In this document: positions 26,110-35,621 of the stretch, in pieces | Numbering within the stretch: position 1 is the stretch's first letter | Layout of the letters: each line of letters begins with the position of its first letter | Assembly (NCBI GenBank): GCA_011191985.1 | Contig: DUEU01000069.1 | Coordinates: 6,424-70,423 of the forward strand | Direction of reading: 5' to 3' | DNA: 64,000 bases | From: Dehalococcoidia bacterium | GTDB lineage: Bacteria; Chloroflexota; Dehalococcoidia; Dehalococcoidales; W111 | Notes under the pieces: model-generated | Database searches by the model: none | Seen by the model: the letters and a program-made list of their open reading frames with translations, nothing else | Told to the model about the DNA's origin: nothing | Made by a program: the position numbers and the translations under genes

Positions 26110-26180
26110 CGGCCTTCCTGTCCCCAGTGTTGCTATTATAACCCAGACTTTTGCTGCCCGTCTATACTGGCCCAGTTTGC

Positions 26181-26210
26181 TTGACCTCATCGTTACTCCT
26201 TTGGTATAGT
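26181..26210 (+). promoter_or_regulatory. Sigma-70-type promoter of the IMPDH-family gene
   Basis: TTGACC, 18-nt spacer, TATAGT with a TGG extended -10, 24 nt upstream of ATG 26234 (RBS AGGAGG). Confidence 0.5.
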
Positions 26211-26233
26211 TTGTTCAATAAGGAGGTAGACTG

Positions 26234-27373
26234 ATGACCACCCCCCAGTTCAAGCAGCTGCGTCGCTCGTACGGGTTTGACGAGGTAGCCATAGTCCCGG
26301 GTGAAGTAACCATCAACCCCGACCAGACCAATATTGACCTGCCGATAGGCGATTTCACATTCTCCATTCCCATCCTGGCATCTGCCATGGATGCCGTCAC
26401 CAATGTTGATTTCGCCATCCGCTACGGTAAGCTGGGCGGTCTGGCTGTTCTCAACCTCGACGGAGTCCAGACCCGCTACGATGACCCTGAAGAGGTACTG
26501 GGGCAAATCGCCGGAGCCTCGAACAGCAAGGTGACGGCCCTTATGCAGAAAGTGTACTCGGCACCAATAAAGGAAAATTTGATTGCAGAACGCATACAGG
26601 CAATAAAAAAGGGGGGAGTTGTCTGTGCCGTTTCCGCGGTACCGGCCAATACCAAGAGACTGGCCCCAATCGCCGAGGCCGCCGGCGCCGATATATTCGC
26701 CGTCCAGTCATCGATTACCAGTGCCCGTCATTTATCCAAGAGTGTCCGTGGCCTGATCTTCGAGGAGTTGTGTCAGGCAGTGTCAATGCCAATAATGGTT
26801 GGTAACTGCTGCAGCTACGGCGCCTGCCTGGAACTGATGAGGACCGGCATTCACGGCGTCCTGGTCGGGGTCGGCCCGGGAGCCGCCTGCACCACCCGCC
26901 AAGTCCTCGGGGTCGGTATCCCCCAGATAACGGCCACCATAGATTGCGCGGCTGCCCGAGACTTATACTTGAAGGAATCGGGCCGGTACGTGCCAATAAT
27001 TACCGATGGCGGCTTTCGCAATGGCGGCGACTTGTGTAAAGCCTTTGCTGCGGGTGCCGACGCGGTGATGCTGGGCTCTATCTTCGCCCAGACGGAAGGG
27101 GCCCCCGGGAAGGGATACCACTGGGGTATGTCGCATCCCCACCCGACACTGCCGAGAGGGACCCGAATCAAGGTAGGCACTACCGGTACCCTGGAACAGG
27201 TCCTCTTCGGCCCCACTTCGGTTACCGACGGCAGTCAGAACCTGGTTGGTGCCCTCCGTACCGCCATGGGCGTTTGCGGGGCCGCCAGCATTGCCGAGAT
27301 GCATAATGCCGAGATGGTAATCGCCCCGGCCATAACCACTGAAGGGAAATCGTGGCAGATATCACAATCCTAG
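26234..27373 (+). CDS. IMP dehydrogenase-family protein without CBS insert (GuaB3-like)
   Basis: 379 aa. IMPDH TIM-barrel pattern including the active-site loop [11 protein letters not shown]. The CBS pair is absent. Confidence 0.8.
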   Translation: MTTPQFKQLRRSYGFDEVAIVPGEVTINPDQTNIDLPIGDFTFSIPILASAMDAVTNVDFAIRYGKLGGLAVLNLDGVQTRYDDPEEVLGQIAGASNSKVTALMQKVYSAPIKENLIAERIQAIKKGGVVCAVSAVPANTKRLAPIAEAAGADIFAVQSSITSARHLSKSVRGLIFEELCQAVSMPIMVGNCCSYGACLELMRTGIHGVLVGVGPGAACTTRQVLGVGIPQITATIDCAAARDLYLKESGRYVPIITDGGFRNGGDLCKAFAAGADAVMLGSIFAQTEGAPGKGYHWGMSHPHPTLPRGTRIKVGTTGTLEQVLFGPTSVTDGSQNLVGALRTAMGVCGAASIAEMHNAEMVIAPAITTEGKSWQISQS

Positions 27374-27431
27374 CTATTCATGACTTATCCCCCTTAAACT
27401 CAGGTTATAAACAGCATTCAGGGGTAAAATA

Positions 27432-28676
27432 ATGCTGCATAAGGTCTCCCTGGGCACGGGTAATATCAATAAGTACCGCCTGATTCTGGACCGAGAGACC
27501 ATAGATGAGGTGGTGGCACTCGGCGAAGAGCTGAAGGGGCTGCGCGTGTGCCATATTAACTCTACCCCGTTCGGCGGCGGCGTGGCCGAACTACTGGTCT
27601 CGCATATCCCGCTGCTGCGGTCACTGGGTATTAAGGCCGACTGGCAGGTCATCCACGGTGACCGTCGTTTTTTTACCATCACCAAGGGCCTGCATAATTC
27701 TTTGCAGGGAGCTAAATTCACCGCCACCAGGGCCGAGAGCTGGCGGGACCTGTACCTGTCCATCAACAAGGTAAATGCCGCCCAGCTTGACGCCGACTAT
27801 GATGTTTTTATCGTTAACGACCCGCAGCCGGCCGCCATGCGCCATTACCTGCCGGATAACAAGGCCAAGTGGGTCTGGCGCTGCCATGTAGACAGCTCGC
27901 AACCGGATGAGACGGTATGGCAATTCCTGCGCCCGTATATTGAAGAGCATGATGCCGCCGTCTTCACCACCAGCAAGTTTATCCCGGAGACCCTCAAACT
28001 AAAGAGGATTGCCACCATGGCCCCGGCCATAGACCCGTTCACCTCTAAAAATATGTTTATTAAAAGATATCTGTGTCGGGAAATGCTGGAGACCCTCGGC
28101 ATCGACCGCCACCGCCCTTTAATTACCCAGGTATCCCGCTTTGACCGCTGGAAAGACCCGTTCGGCACCATCGCCGCTTACCAGATAGCAAAAGAGAAAG
28201 TGCCCGGCCTCCAGCTGGCCATGATCGGCAGCTTTGCCAGTGATGACCCGGAAGGCTGGGAGATGTATGCTGCCCTTAACGAAGAGGCCAACAAAGATGA
28301 TGATGTCATCATCTCCTCGAACCTGACCGGTGTCGGTAACATGGAGGTCAACGCCTTCCAGCGGGCCAGTGACCTGATTGTCCAGAAGTCCATCAGGGAA
28401 GGGTTCGGCCTGGTAGTGGCCGAGGCTTTATGGAAAGGTACCATGGTGGTAGCCGGCAATGCCGGCGGCATCCCCCTGCAAATGCCCGGCGAGCTTGGCA
28501 ACTACCTAGTGGATAATATTGAGCAATGTGCCGAGAAAATAGTGTACCTCTTACAGAATCCGCAGCAACGGGAAAGACTCGGCCAGGCAGGCCACGAAGT
28601 CATCACCCACCATTTTCTCACCCCGAGATTAGTCCGTGATGAGCTCGCCCTGATAAAGGAACTCATGGCCAAATAG
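27432..28676 (+). CDS. treT: GT4 glycosyltransferase, TreT-like trehalose glycosyltransferring synthase
   Basis: 414 aa. Long stretches match my recollection of archaeal TreT (NSTPFGGGVAE, WRCH.D.S, ITQVSRFD.WK, DDPEGW, NAFQRASD, SIREGFGL). Not verified by search. Confidence 0.7.
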   Translation: MLHKVSLGTGNINKYRLILDRETIDEVVALGEELKGLRVCHINSTPFGGGVAELLVSHIPLLRSLGIKADWQVIHGDRRFFTITKGLHNSLQGAKFTATRAESWRDLYLSINKVNAAQLDADYDVFIVNDPQPAAMRHYLPDNKAKWVWRCHVDSSQPDETVWQFLRPYIEEHDAAVFTTSKFIPETLKLKRIATMAPAIDPFTSKNMFIKRYLCREMLETLGIDRHRPLITQVSRFDRWKDPFGTIAAYQIAKEKVPGLQLAMIGSFASDDPEGWEMYAALNEEANKDDDVIISSNLTGVGNMEVNAFQRASDLIVQKSIREGFGLVVAEALWKGTMVVAGNAGGIPLQMPGELGNYLVDNIEQCAEKIVYLLQNPQQRERLGQAGHEVITHHFLTPRLVRDELALIKELMAK

Positions 28677-28704
28677 GCCTCTAAGGCCCCCAAGAGTTAG
28701 CAGA

Positions 28705-29484
28705 TTATTCCTCGTCTGGCTCTTCGGCTTCTCTATCCATCCCAGGAGTAGAGTAAGGTAATAGAGCGGCGGTCTTCCCCCGGGTACGTATGGTTGTCGG
28801 AGGCATATCATCAATCGCCTGACGCAGCTCCAGCAGTCCGCCCGCCGGCGGCTTCGCCCCGACCTCCACCACGACGCCATCTACGCCGGCATCCCAGAGG
28901 GCTCGAAGCCCACTCGCCGCTAAATCTGAAGGGATAGAAACCAGTAGAGGCTTAGCCAGCAGGTCAGCACAGCGTCGCAGGCGCATCAAACGATACCAGT
29001 TAAGGAAAGCCCCTTCCGGTGGCTCGGAGGTGACCAGCACCGCATCGACCGGTAGCTTGTTGACCGCGGCCAGCAGACCTTCTTCCAGCGATATATCTAC
29101 CTCCAGCACCAGACCCACCGTACTGCCCTGAAGCTCGGGCAGCACCCCGCTGGCCGCGGTCAACACCAGAAAATCACCACCGGCTTTGGCTATCTGGTCA
29201 ATCTCATCGGTGCCAACACCTTCCAGCCGGCTGCCCCAGGGGATACCCGATACCGCCTGTGTGGCTTCCTTAATAGTCTTGGCCCCTGACCCCGCTTCCG
29301 AGGTGACTATTAGCCCGGCATCGGCCCCGGCTACGTAATCGGGCAGTTTATCAGGACCGGCCTCAGCTAAACCGGCCACCAGCAACATCTTCATCCAGGA
29401 TAGGGCGTCATTCGACGCCTTAAATCCCATCGGCCGGCTTGCCCCTTGCGCTACCTGTTTCAATCGGGTAATGAATCGGCTCAT
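28705..29484 (-). CDS. Conserved-looking hypothetical protein (Ala/Gly/Leu-rich, acidic tail)
   Basis: ORF 28705-29541. Start moved to ATG 29484 (MSRFITRLK), which is preceded by GGAGGA. No family recognised. Confidence 0.55.
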   Translation of the reverse strand: MSRFITRLKQVAQGASRPMGFKASNDALSWMKMLLVAGLAEAGPDKLPDYVAGADAGLIVTSEAGSGAKTIKEATQAVSGIPWGSRLEGVGTDEIDQIAKAGGDFLVLTAASGVLPELQGSTVGLVLEVDISLEEGLLAAVNKLPVDAVLVTSEPPEGAFLNWYRLMRLRRCADLLAKPLLVSIPSDLAASGLRALWDAGVDGVVVEVGAKPPAGGLLELRQAIDDMPPTTIRTRGKTAALLPYSTPGMDREAEEPDEE

Positions 29485-29611
29485 ATATCCTCCATGCAGT
29501 GTCAACAAAATAGCATAACGCTTCCCGGTCCGGGGCGTCAAGATGGCAGAACCCGATGCGTAATAGACGAGCCGCCGCCAAATGGTTTAAACTAAAGTTG
29601 GGCAAGACGAT

Positions 29612-30124
29612 ATGGCCGAGGAAGCAGAAAAAATAAGACGGGAAACCGGGCGAGTTTTGGGCAGGTTCAGCCGGAAAAGGGGGAACCTCATCCCGATTCT
29701 GCAAAAGGTCCAGCACCGGCTTGGTTATCTCCCCCGGGAAGCTATGCTGGAGATTGCCCGGTTCCTTGATATACCCGAGATAGAAGTCTACGGTGTGGTT
29801 ACCTTCTATAACCAGTTCCGGCGCAACCCTCCGGGAAAACACTCGATAAGGGTATGCCTGGGCACCGCCTGCCATATGAAGGGCGGCTACATCACCTTGG
29901 ACGCCTGGAAAAGAAGGCTGAATATTGGCCAGGGCGAGACTACCGCGGACCGTGAATTTGACCTGGATACGGTGGCCTGCGTCGGCTGCTGCACCATGGC
30001 CCCGGTAACCGTGGTCGACGACAAGCCACAGGCCAATGTCGAGCCGACCAGGGTGGACGGTATACTGCTCGCCTTCGAACGCGAGCGAGAAAAGAAACAC
30101 AAGGAGAACCGTGAAAGTAGCTGA
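29612..30124 (+). CDS. NuoE/HydC-like [2Fe-2S] subunit (second copy)
   Basis: 170 aa with CLGTACHM ... CVGCCTMAP, the thioredoxin-like 2Fe-2S pattern. Confidence 0.85.
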   Translation: MAEEAEKIRRETGRVLGRFSRKRGNLIPILQKVQHRLGYLPREAMLEIARFLDIPEIEVYGVVTFYNQFRRNPPGKHSIRVCLGTACHMKGGYITLDAWKRRLNIGQGETTADREFDLDTVACVGCCTMAPVTVVDDKPQANVEPTRVDGILLAFEREREKKHKENRESS

Positions 30125-32027
30125 ACCGGCAGCAGTAGCCGTTGCCTATAACGAAATAAAGAGCCGGGCCGAATCACGCTGGCGGGAACTGGCAAACGGC
30201 GATAAACCGGTAATCATGGTCGGCACAGCTACCTGTGGTCGCGCCGCCGGCGCCCTGCAAGTACTGAAGACTCTGAGAAATGAGGTCAAAAAGCATAACC
30301 TGGACTGTCCAGTAGTAGAGGTTGGCTGCATGGGCCACTGCCACGCCGAGCCAATCGTGATGATAAAAAAGCCAGGCTATCCGTTCATCAGCTACGGGTA
30401 CGTTAACCCGGTCGTGGCCGAAAGACTGGTTAAAGAATTTCTCTTGGGTGATGACCCCTGCCTCGAGTCCGTACTGGGCGCCCTGGAGGAGAATGACCTG
30501 GTGCCCAGCCTGGCCGACTTTCCCCGGGCCGTATACGAGAAGAAGATTATCCTTCAGAATTGCGGGCAGATTGACCCCACCGATATAGACCACTATGTTG
30601 CCCGGGATGGCTACGCCGCCCTGGCCAGAGTGCTCCAGATGCCGCCAGATGATGATGTTATTAACGAGGTAAAAAAGTCGGGGCTAAGGGGAAGAGGTGG
30701 TGCCGGCTTCCCCGCCGGGCAAAAGTGGCATGCCTGCCGCAGCACCCCGCCGGGCCCCAGATACATCATCTGCAACGGGGACGAAGGAGACCCGGGCGCC
30801 TTTATGGACCGGGCCATCTTGGAAAGCGACCCCCACTCGGTTATTGAGGGCATGATTATCGCCGGCTATGCCATCGGTGCCAGCTATGGTTACATCTATG
30901 TCCGCGCCGAATACCCGCTGGCGGTAGCCCGTCTGGAAATTGCCCTTCGCCAGGCAAGGAAGCTCAATCTCCTGGGTAAGAATATCCTGGGCAGCGGCTT
31001 CAGCTTTCACATCAGGCTGTTTCAGGGCTCGGGGGCTTTCGTCTGTGGTGAGGCGACCGCGCTGGCGGCCTCCATTGAAGGGAAGCCAGGCACCCCCCGC
31101 CCCAAACCCCCTCGTATGACCACTGAAGGACTCTTTGGCAGGCCGACTGTCGTCAACAACGTCAAGACCCTGGCCTTCGTGCCACCGATAATCAGGAACG
31201 GCGCTGCGTGGTTTACCAGCATCGGCACCAAAGACAGCCCGGGCACGGCTGTCTTCGCTCTGGCCGGTAAGATAGCCAACACCGGTCTGGTGGAGGTGCC
31301 CATGGGTACAACGCTGCGCCAGGTTATCTTCGATGTTGGCGGCGGCATCCCCAAAGGCAAGAAGTTTAAAGCCGTCCAGATAGGCGGGCCATCGGGCGGC
31401 TGCCTGCCCGAATCGGCCCTCGACCTGCCCATCGACTTCGATTCCCTGCAAGATGCCGGGGCGATGATGGGATCCGGGGGGATGGTCGTCCTCGATGAGG
31501 ACGACTGCATGGTGGAGATAGCCCGCTATTTTCTTGAGTTTACCCAGAGAGAGTCCTGTGGTAAATGCACCTTCTGCCGCCTGGGCACCAAGCAGATGCT
31601 GGCTATCCTGGATGATATTACGCTGGGGCAGGGAAAAGAGGGGGACATTGATACCCTTCTCCAGCTGGCTGAGGACGTGAAGCTCGGCTCGCTCTGCGGC
31701 CTGGGTAAGACGGCCCCCAACCCGGTATTAACGACACTGCGCTATTTCAAAGACGAATATGAGGCCCACATCACGGAGGGACGCTGCCCGGCACTGATGT
31801 GCCGTGAACTCATCGCCTACTATATTCTCCCTGATAAGTGCGAACGGTCCTGTGATGCCTGTGTTGGTACCTGCACCGTGGAAGCTATAACGCCCAACAA
31901 GAAGCGGATAAAGGTCATCGACCAGGAAAAGTGCGTTAAGTGCAATACCTGCTTGGTGGCCTGTCCGCCACAGTACAATGCGGTAATAAAGCTGTCTCCT
32001 CCGAGCGAGGTGCCTGCTGCCAAGTAG
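30111..32027 (+). CDS. HydB/NuoF-like NADH-FMN-FeS subunit with C-terminal 2x[4Fe-4S] ferredoxin domain (second copy)
   Basis: Start set to GTG 30111 (RBS AAGGAG 4 nt upstream, 14-nt overlap with the NuoE-like stop). GRGGAGFPAGQKW, ESCGKCTFCR, CGLGK, and a C-terminal CERSCDAC..C / CVKCNTCLVACP. Confidence 0.85.
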   Translation: MKVAEPAAVAVAYNEIKSRAESRWRELANGDKPVIMVGTATCGRAAGALQVLKTLRNEVKKHNLDCPVVEVGCMGHCHAEPIVMIKKPGYPFISYGYVNPVVAERLVKEFLLGDDPCLESVLGALEENDLVPSLADFPRAVYEKKIILQNCGQIDPTDIDHYVARDGYAALARVLQMPPDDDVINEVKKSGLRGRGGAGFPAGQKWHACRSTPPGPRYIICNGDEGDPGAFMDRAILESDPHSVIEGMIIAGYAIGASYGYIYVRAEYPLAVARLEIALRQARKLNLLGKNILGSGFSFHIRLFQGSGAFVCGEATALAASIEGKPGTPRPKPPRMTTEGLFGRPTVVNNVKTLAFVPPIIRNGAAWFTSIGTKDSPGTAVFALAGKIANTGLVEVPMGTTLRQVIFDVGGGIPKGKKFKAVQIGGPSGGCLPESALDLPIDFDSLQDAGAMMGSGGMVVLDEDDCMVEIARYFLEFTQRESCGKCTFCRLGTKQMLAILDDITLGQGKEGDIDTLLQLAEDVKLGSLCGLGKTAPNPVLTTLRYFKDEYEAHITEGRCPALMCRELIAYYILPDKCERSCDACVGTCTVEAITPNKKRIKVIDQEKCVKCNTCLVACPPQYNAVIKLSPPSEVPAAK

Positions 32028-32030
32028 ACT

Positions 32031-32705
32031 ATGAAGACCGTATCTTTAACCATTGATGGCCGAAAAATAATCGCCGAAGAGGGGACGAAGCTCCTCTGGG
32101 TGGCGCTGGATAACGGCATTTATATCCCCAACCTTTGTGCCATCCGCTCCAGTCCGGAGCCGGCGGCCGCCTGTCGTTTATGCTTCGTCGAAGTAGCCGG
32201 CAAGGAAGCGCCGGTCACCGCCTGCACCGAGACGGTGGCTGAGGGTATGGTAGTAAACACCAGAGGAAAAAAGGCCCTGCGGCTGGCGCGTAGCGCTTTT
32301 GAGCTGCTCATGGCTTCCCACCCGGTGGACTGCGCCGGCTGCCCTGCCAACCGCTCCTGCGAACTACAAAAAATTTCCGGCCACCTCAAGGTCAAGCTAA
32401 AAACAAAGCGCCTGCGTACTCTGCTGCGGGAACTCCCCATAGACGATAGCCATCCCCTGTTCACCTACGACCCCAACAAATGCGTCCTCTGTGGTCGGTG
32501 CCTGTGGGTATGCCGGCAGCAACTGGGCATCGGCGTCCTCGGCTTTGCTCACCGCGGCTTTCAGCGGGTAGTGACCACCTTTGCCGATGAACCCCTCGGC
32601 CAGTCCCGCTGCCAGGAGTGCGGCGACTGCATCGCCGTCTGCCCTACCGGTGCCCTGTCGTTTAAAGACAGCGCCAAACCTGCCGCCAGGGCCGTTAAGA
32701 TATAA
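32031..32705 (+). CDS. NuoG/HydA N-terminal-type FeS protein (2Fe-2S + His-ligated 4Fe-4S + 2x 4Fe-4S), no catalytic domain
   Basis: 224 aa with CRLCFVEV..C, HPVDCAGCPANRSC, CVLCGRCLWVC and CQECGDCIAVCP. It ends directly after the cluster domains. Confidence 0.8.
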   Translation: MKTVSLTIDGRKIIAEEGTKLLWVALDNGIYIPNLCAIRSSPEPAAACRLCFVEVAGKEAPVTACTETVAEGMVVNTRGKKALRLARSAFELLMASHPVDCAGCPANRSCELQKISGHLKVKLKTKRLRTLLRELPIDDSHPLFTYDPNKCVLCGRCLWVCRQQLGIGVLGFAHRGFQRVVTTFADEPLGQSRCQECGDCIAVCPTGALSFKDSAKPAARAVKI

Positions 32706-32735
32706 ACAGCTGAGTCGTGAAGATGCCGAAGGCTA

Positions 32736-32744
32736 TGGTATAAT
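32736..32744 (+). promoter_or_regulatory. Extended -10 element upstream of prfA
   Basis: TGGTATAAT 21 nt upstream of ATG 32765. Confidence 0.4.
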
Positions 32745-32764
32745 TTAAATACAGGTAATCGGAC

Positions 32765-33835
32765 ATGTTGGACAAGCTCAAACAGATAGAAAAACGCTAC
32801 GAAGAGCTGGAGAAGCAGATAGCGTCACCGGAAATAGTATCCGACCCGCAGCAGCTTCAGAGGCTGGCCCAGGAGAGGGCGACCATCGAAGAGTTGGTAA
32901 CCATGTTCCGGGAATACAAGAAAGCCTCAAGGGAACTGGAAGATGTCAAAGCGATGCATATTGCTGGCCTAGATGCAGAGATGGAAACCCTGGTAAGGCA
33001 AGAAATCGAAAGTTTGGAATCGCGCCAAGAAAATCTTCTAGAGGAACTGAAGCTCGCGCTGCTGCCCAAGGACGCCAATGACGAGCGGGATATCATCGTG
33101 GAAGTCCGGGCCGGGGCCGGTGGGGACGAGGCCGGCCTGTTTGCCGCTGACCTGTTCCGCATGTACAGCCGGTATGCCCAGAATAAAGGCTGGGCAGTCG
33201 ATATCATCGACAGCAATGAAAGCGGTATCGGCGGCTTCAAAGAGATTATATTCGAGATAAAAGGCCGGGGCGCCTTCAGCCGACTGAAGTACGAGCGGGG
33301 GGTCCACCGCGTACAGCGGGTGCCGGTTACCGAGTCCTCCGGCCGAATCCACACCTCAACGGCCACCGTGGCCGTCTTGCCCGAAGCTGAGGAGGTTGAG
33401 GTAGATATCAATCCCGAAGATTTAAAGACCGATATCTTCCACAGTGGCGGCGCCGGTGGACAGAATGTAAATAAAGTGGCTACCGCCGTGCGCATTACCC
33501 ACCTGCCCACCGGCATTGTAACCGTCTGCCAGGATGAGCGCTCACAACTGAGAAACCGTAACAAGGCAATGGCCGTGCTCCGGGCCCGGCTCCTCGATAT
33601 AGAGCAACGCAAACAGGAGACGGAAGTCAGTCAGCTACGCCGCTCTCAGGTAGGCAGCGGCGACCGGGCCGAGAAGATACGTACCTATAACTTCCCGCAG
33701 GACCGACTTACCGACCACCGCATCAGCCTTAACATGCATAACCTGCCCCGAATCCTTAGCGGTGAGCTTGACGAGCTTATAGACGCCATAGCCACTAGCG
33801 AGCAGGCAAAACAGCTGGCCGAGCAACTGGCATGA
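32765..33835 (+). CDS. prfA: Peptide chain release factor 1
   Basis: 356 aa with the GGQ motif ([12 protein letters not shown]) and a PVT (PxT-type) stop-codon recognition tripeptide (RVPVTES). Confidence 0.95.
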   Translation: MLDKLKQIEKRYEELEKQIASPEIVSDPQQLQRLAQERATIEELVTMFREYKKASRELEDVKAMHIAGLDAEMETLVRQEIESLESRQENLLEELKLALLPKDANDERDIIVEVRAGAGGDEAGLFAADLFRMYSRYAQNKGWAVDIIDSNESGIGGFKEIIFEIKGRGAFSRLKYERGVHRVQRVPVTESSGRIHTSTATVAVLPEAEEVEVDINPEDLKTDIFHSGGAGGQNVNKVATAVRITHLPTGIVTVCQDERSQLRNRNKAMAVLRARLLDIEQRKQETEVSQLRRSQVGSGDRAEKIRTYNFPQDRLTDHRISLNMHNLPRILSGELDELIDAIATSEQAKQLAEQLA

Positions 33836-34713
33836 ACCGCAGACAGGCGCTTGAGCGCGCCCGCAAAATTCTTGCCGAAAACAAGATCGAGGACACCCCT
33901 CTGGAAAGTGAGTTGCTACTCAGGCATACCCTGAAGACAGACCGCGTCCAGCTCTACTTGAAACCGGGCGACGAATTGACGCCACAACAAGACTATGAAT
34001 TCTGGCAACTGGTCGAACGCCGCGTTGGCGGCGAGCCCACTGCCTATATCACCGGCCACCGTGAGTTCTACGGGCTCGACTTCCATGTTGACCGCCGTGT
34101 TTTAATCCCGCGGCCGGAAACTGAGTTGCTGGTAGAGAAAGCCATAAGCCTGGCCCGGCACTGCGCCAGCATTACCATAGCCGAAATCGGTACCGGCTGC
34201 GGTGCCATTGCCGTCTGCCTGGCCCTTAATCTGCCCCGGGCCCGAATCTATGCTACCGATATATCCGCTGTTGCCCTGGAGGTTGCCTCTCTCAACAGCG
34301 ATAGGCACGGCGTAGCCAATCGCATAACCCTTCTTCATGGCGATATGCTGGCACCGCTGCCCGAGCCGGTTGACCTCATCGTGGCCAACTTGCCCTACAT
34401 CAGAAGAGCCGAGCTTAATGACATTCGTGAGCCGCTACTGGCGCTGGACGGCGGCCCCAACGGGCTGGACAACATCGTTAAGCTGGGCTACCAGCTGGTT
34501 TACAAACTCCGCGCCGGGGGGCAACTCCTCCTGGAGATCGGTCAGGGCCAGGCTAGTGCCGTAACCAGCTGGCTGTACCGCCTTTTCCCGGGGGCCGGAA
34601 TAGAGACAGCCCCAGACCTGGCCGGAATAGAGCGGGTGGTGAGCCTAACACCAGCCGTGGCCAGCCACGGCACCAGTCAGCTTGACACAGAACTATCACG
34701 AATGTTAAATTAA
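33832..34713 (+). CDS. prmC: Release-factor glutamine N5-methyltransferase PrmC/HemK
   Basis: ATGA overlap with prfA. SAM motif ([10 protein letters not shown]). The catalytic tetrapeptide reads NLPY instead of the usual NPPY. Confidence 0.9.
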   Translation: MNRRQALERARKILAENKIEDTPLESELLLRHTLKTDRVQLYLKPGDELTPQQDYEFWQLVERRVGGEPTAYITGHREFYGLDFHVDRRVLIPRPETELLVEKAISLARHCASITIAEIGTGCGAIAVCLALNLPRARIYATDISAVALEVASLNSDRHGVANRITLLHGDMLAPLPEPVDLIVANLPYIRRAELNDIREPLLALDGGPNGLDNIVKLGYQLVYKLRAGGQLLLEIGQGQASAVTSWLYRLFPGAGIETAPDLAGIERVVSLTPAVASHGTSQLDTELSRMLN

Positions 34714-34763
34714 CTATTGGCTACTGAAATCCCCGACCCAATTAGTAAACCAGGAGGTTAAGT

Positions 34764-35567
34764 ATGGCAAACGTGATTGTCTGCGTCAAGCAGGTGATCG
34801 ACCCTGAGGCACCGCCGGCCAGCTTCAAGATTGATGCTGCTGCCAATAAGGTGGTCCCACCAACCGGCATATCCCCTGTTTTAGACCCCTATGCCGAGTA
34901 TGCCGTAGAGGCAGCGTTAAAGATTAAAGACACCGTCGGCGGCAAGATCACCGCCGTCAGCCTGGGGACAGGCCAACTTAGAGACGTGGTTAAAAAACCG
35001 CTGTCCATGGGGGCGGATGAACTCGTCCTGCTGGAGGATGAGGCATTTGCCGGTGGCGATAGCTGGTCAACCGCCTATGCTCTGGCCATGGCCATTAAGA
35101 AGCTAGGCGAATACGACCTCATCCTCTGTGGCCGGGAGGCTTCTGACTGGAACGCCGGACAGGTAGGTTCCGGCATTGCTGAGATACTGGAACTGCCCAG
35201 TGTTACCCTGGTCAAAAAGATAGAGATCATTGATGGCAAGGCGAGGGTGGAACGGGCAACCGATAACGGTTATGAGGTTATTGAGGTGTCCCTGCCGGCG
35301 CTGTTATCCATAAGTCACGAGATAGGCGAACCCCGCTACCCTACTATTAAAGGGATTATGGCTGCGAAAAAGAAGGAGCCCATCAGCTGGGCACCGGGCG
35401 ACATTGGTGTTGAGCCTTCCCAGATTGGTGTTGCCGGACGGCGCACCAAACTGACCAAACTGTTCCAGCCGGTGCGTGAAGGCAAGTGCGAGATAATCGA
35501 AGGCGAGAGCCCTGAGGATGCCGGCGCCAACCTGGCCAAGAGGCTCAGGGAGGCCAAAATTCTGTAG
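34764..35567 (+). CDS. etfB: Electron transfer flavoprotein beta subunit
   Basis: 267 aa with VCVKQV..., LCGREASD..GQVG. RBS AGGAGG. Confidence 0.9.
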   Translation: MANVIVCVKQVIDPEAPPASFKIDAAANKVVPPTGISPVLDPYAEYAVEAALKIKDTVGGKITAVSLGTGQLRDVVKKPLSMGADELVLLEDEAFAGGDSWSTAYALAMAIKKLGEYDLILCGREASDWNAGQVGSGIAEILELPSVTLVKKIEIIDGKARVERATDNGYEVIEVSLPALLSISHEIGEPRYPTIKGIMAAKKKEPISWAPGDIGVEPSQIGVAGRRTKLTKLFQPVREGKCEIIEGESPEDAGANLAKRLREAKIL

Positions 35568-35621
35568 GGTCTCTTAACCGTTTCTTAACATTCTGGCAGT
35601 ATTATTAGGGGGTAAACTAAT

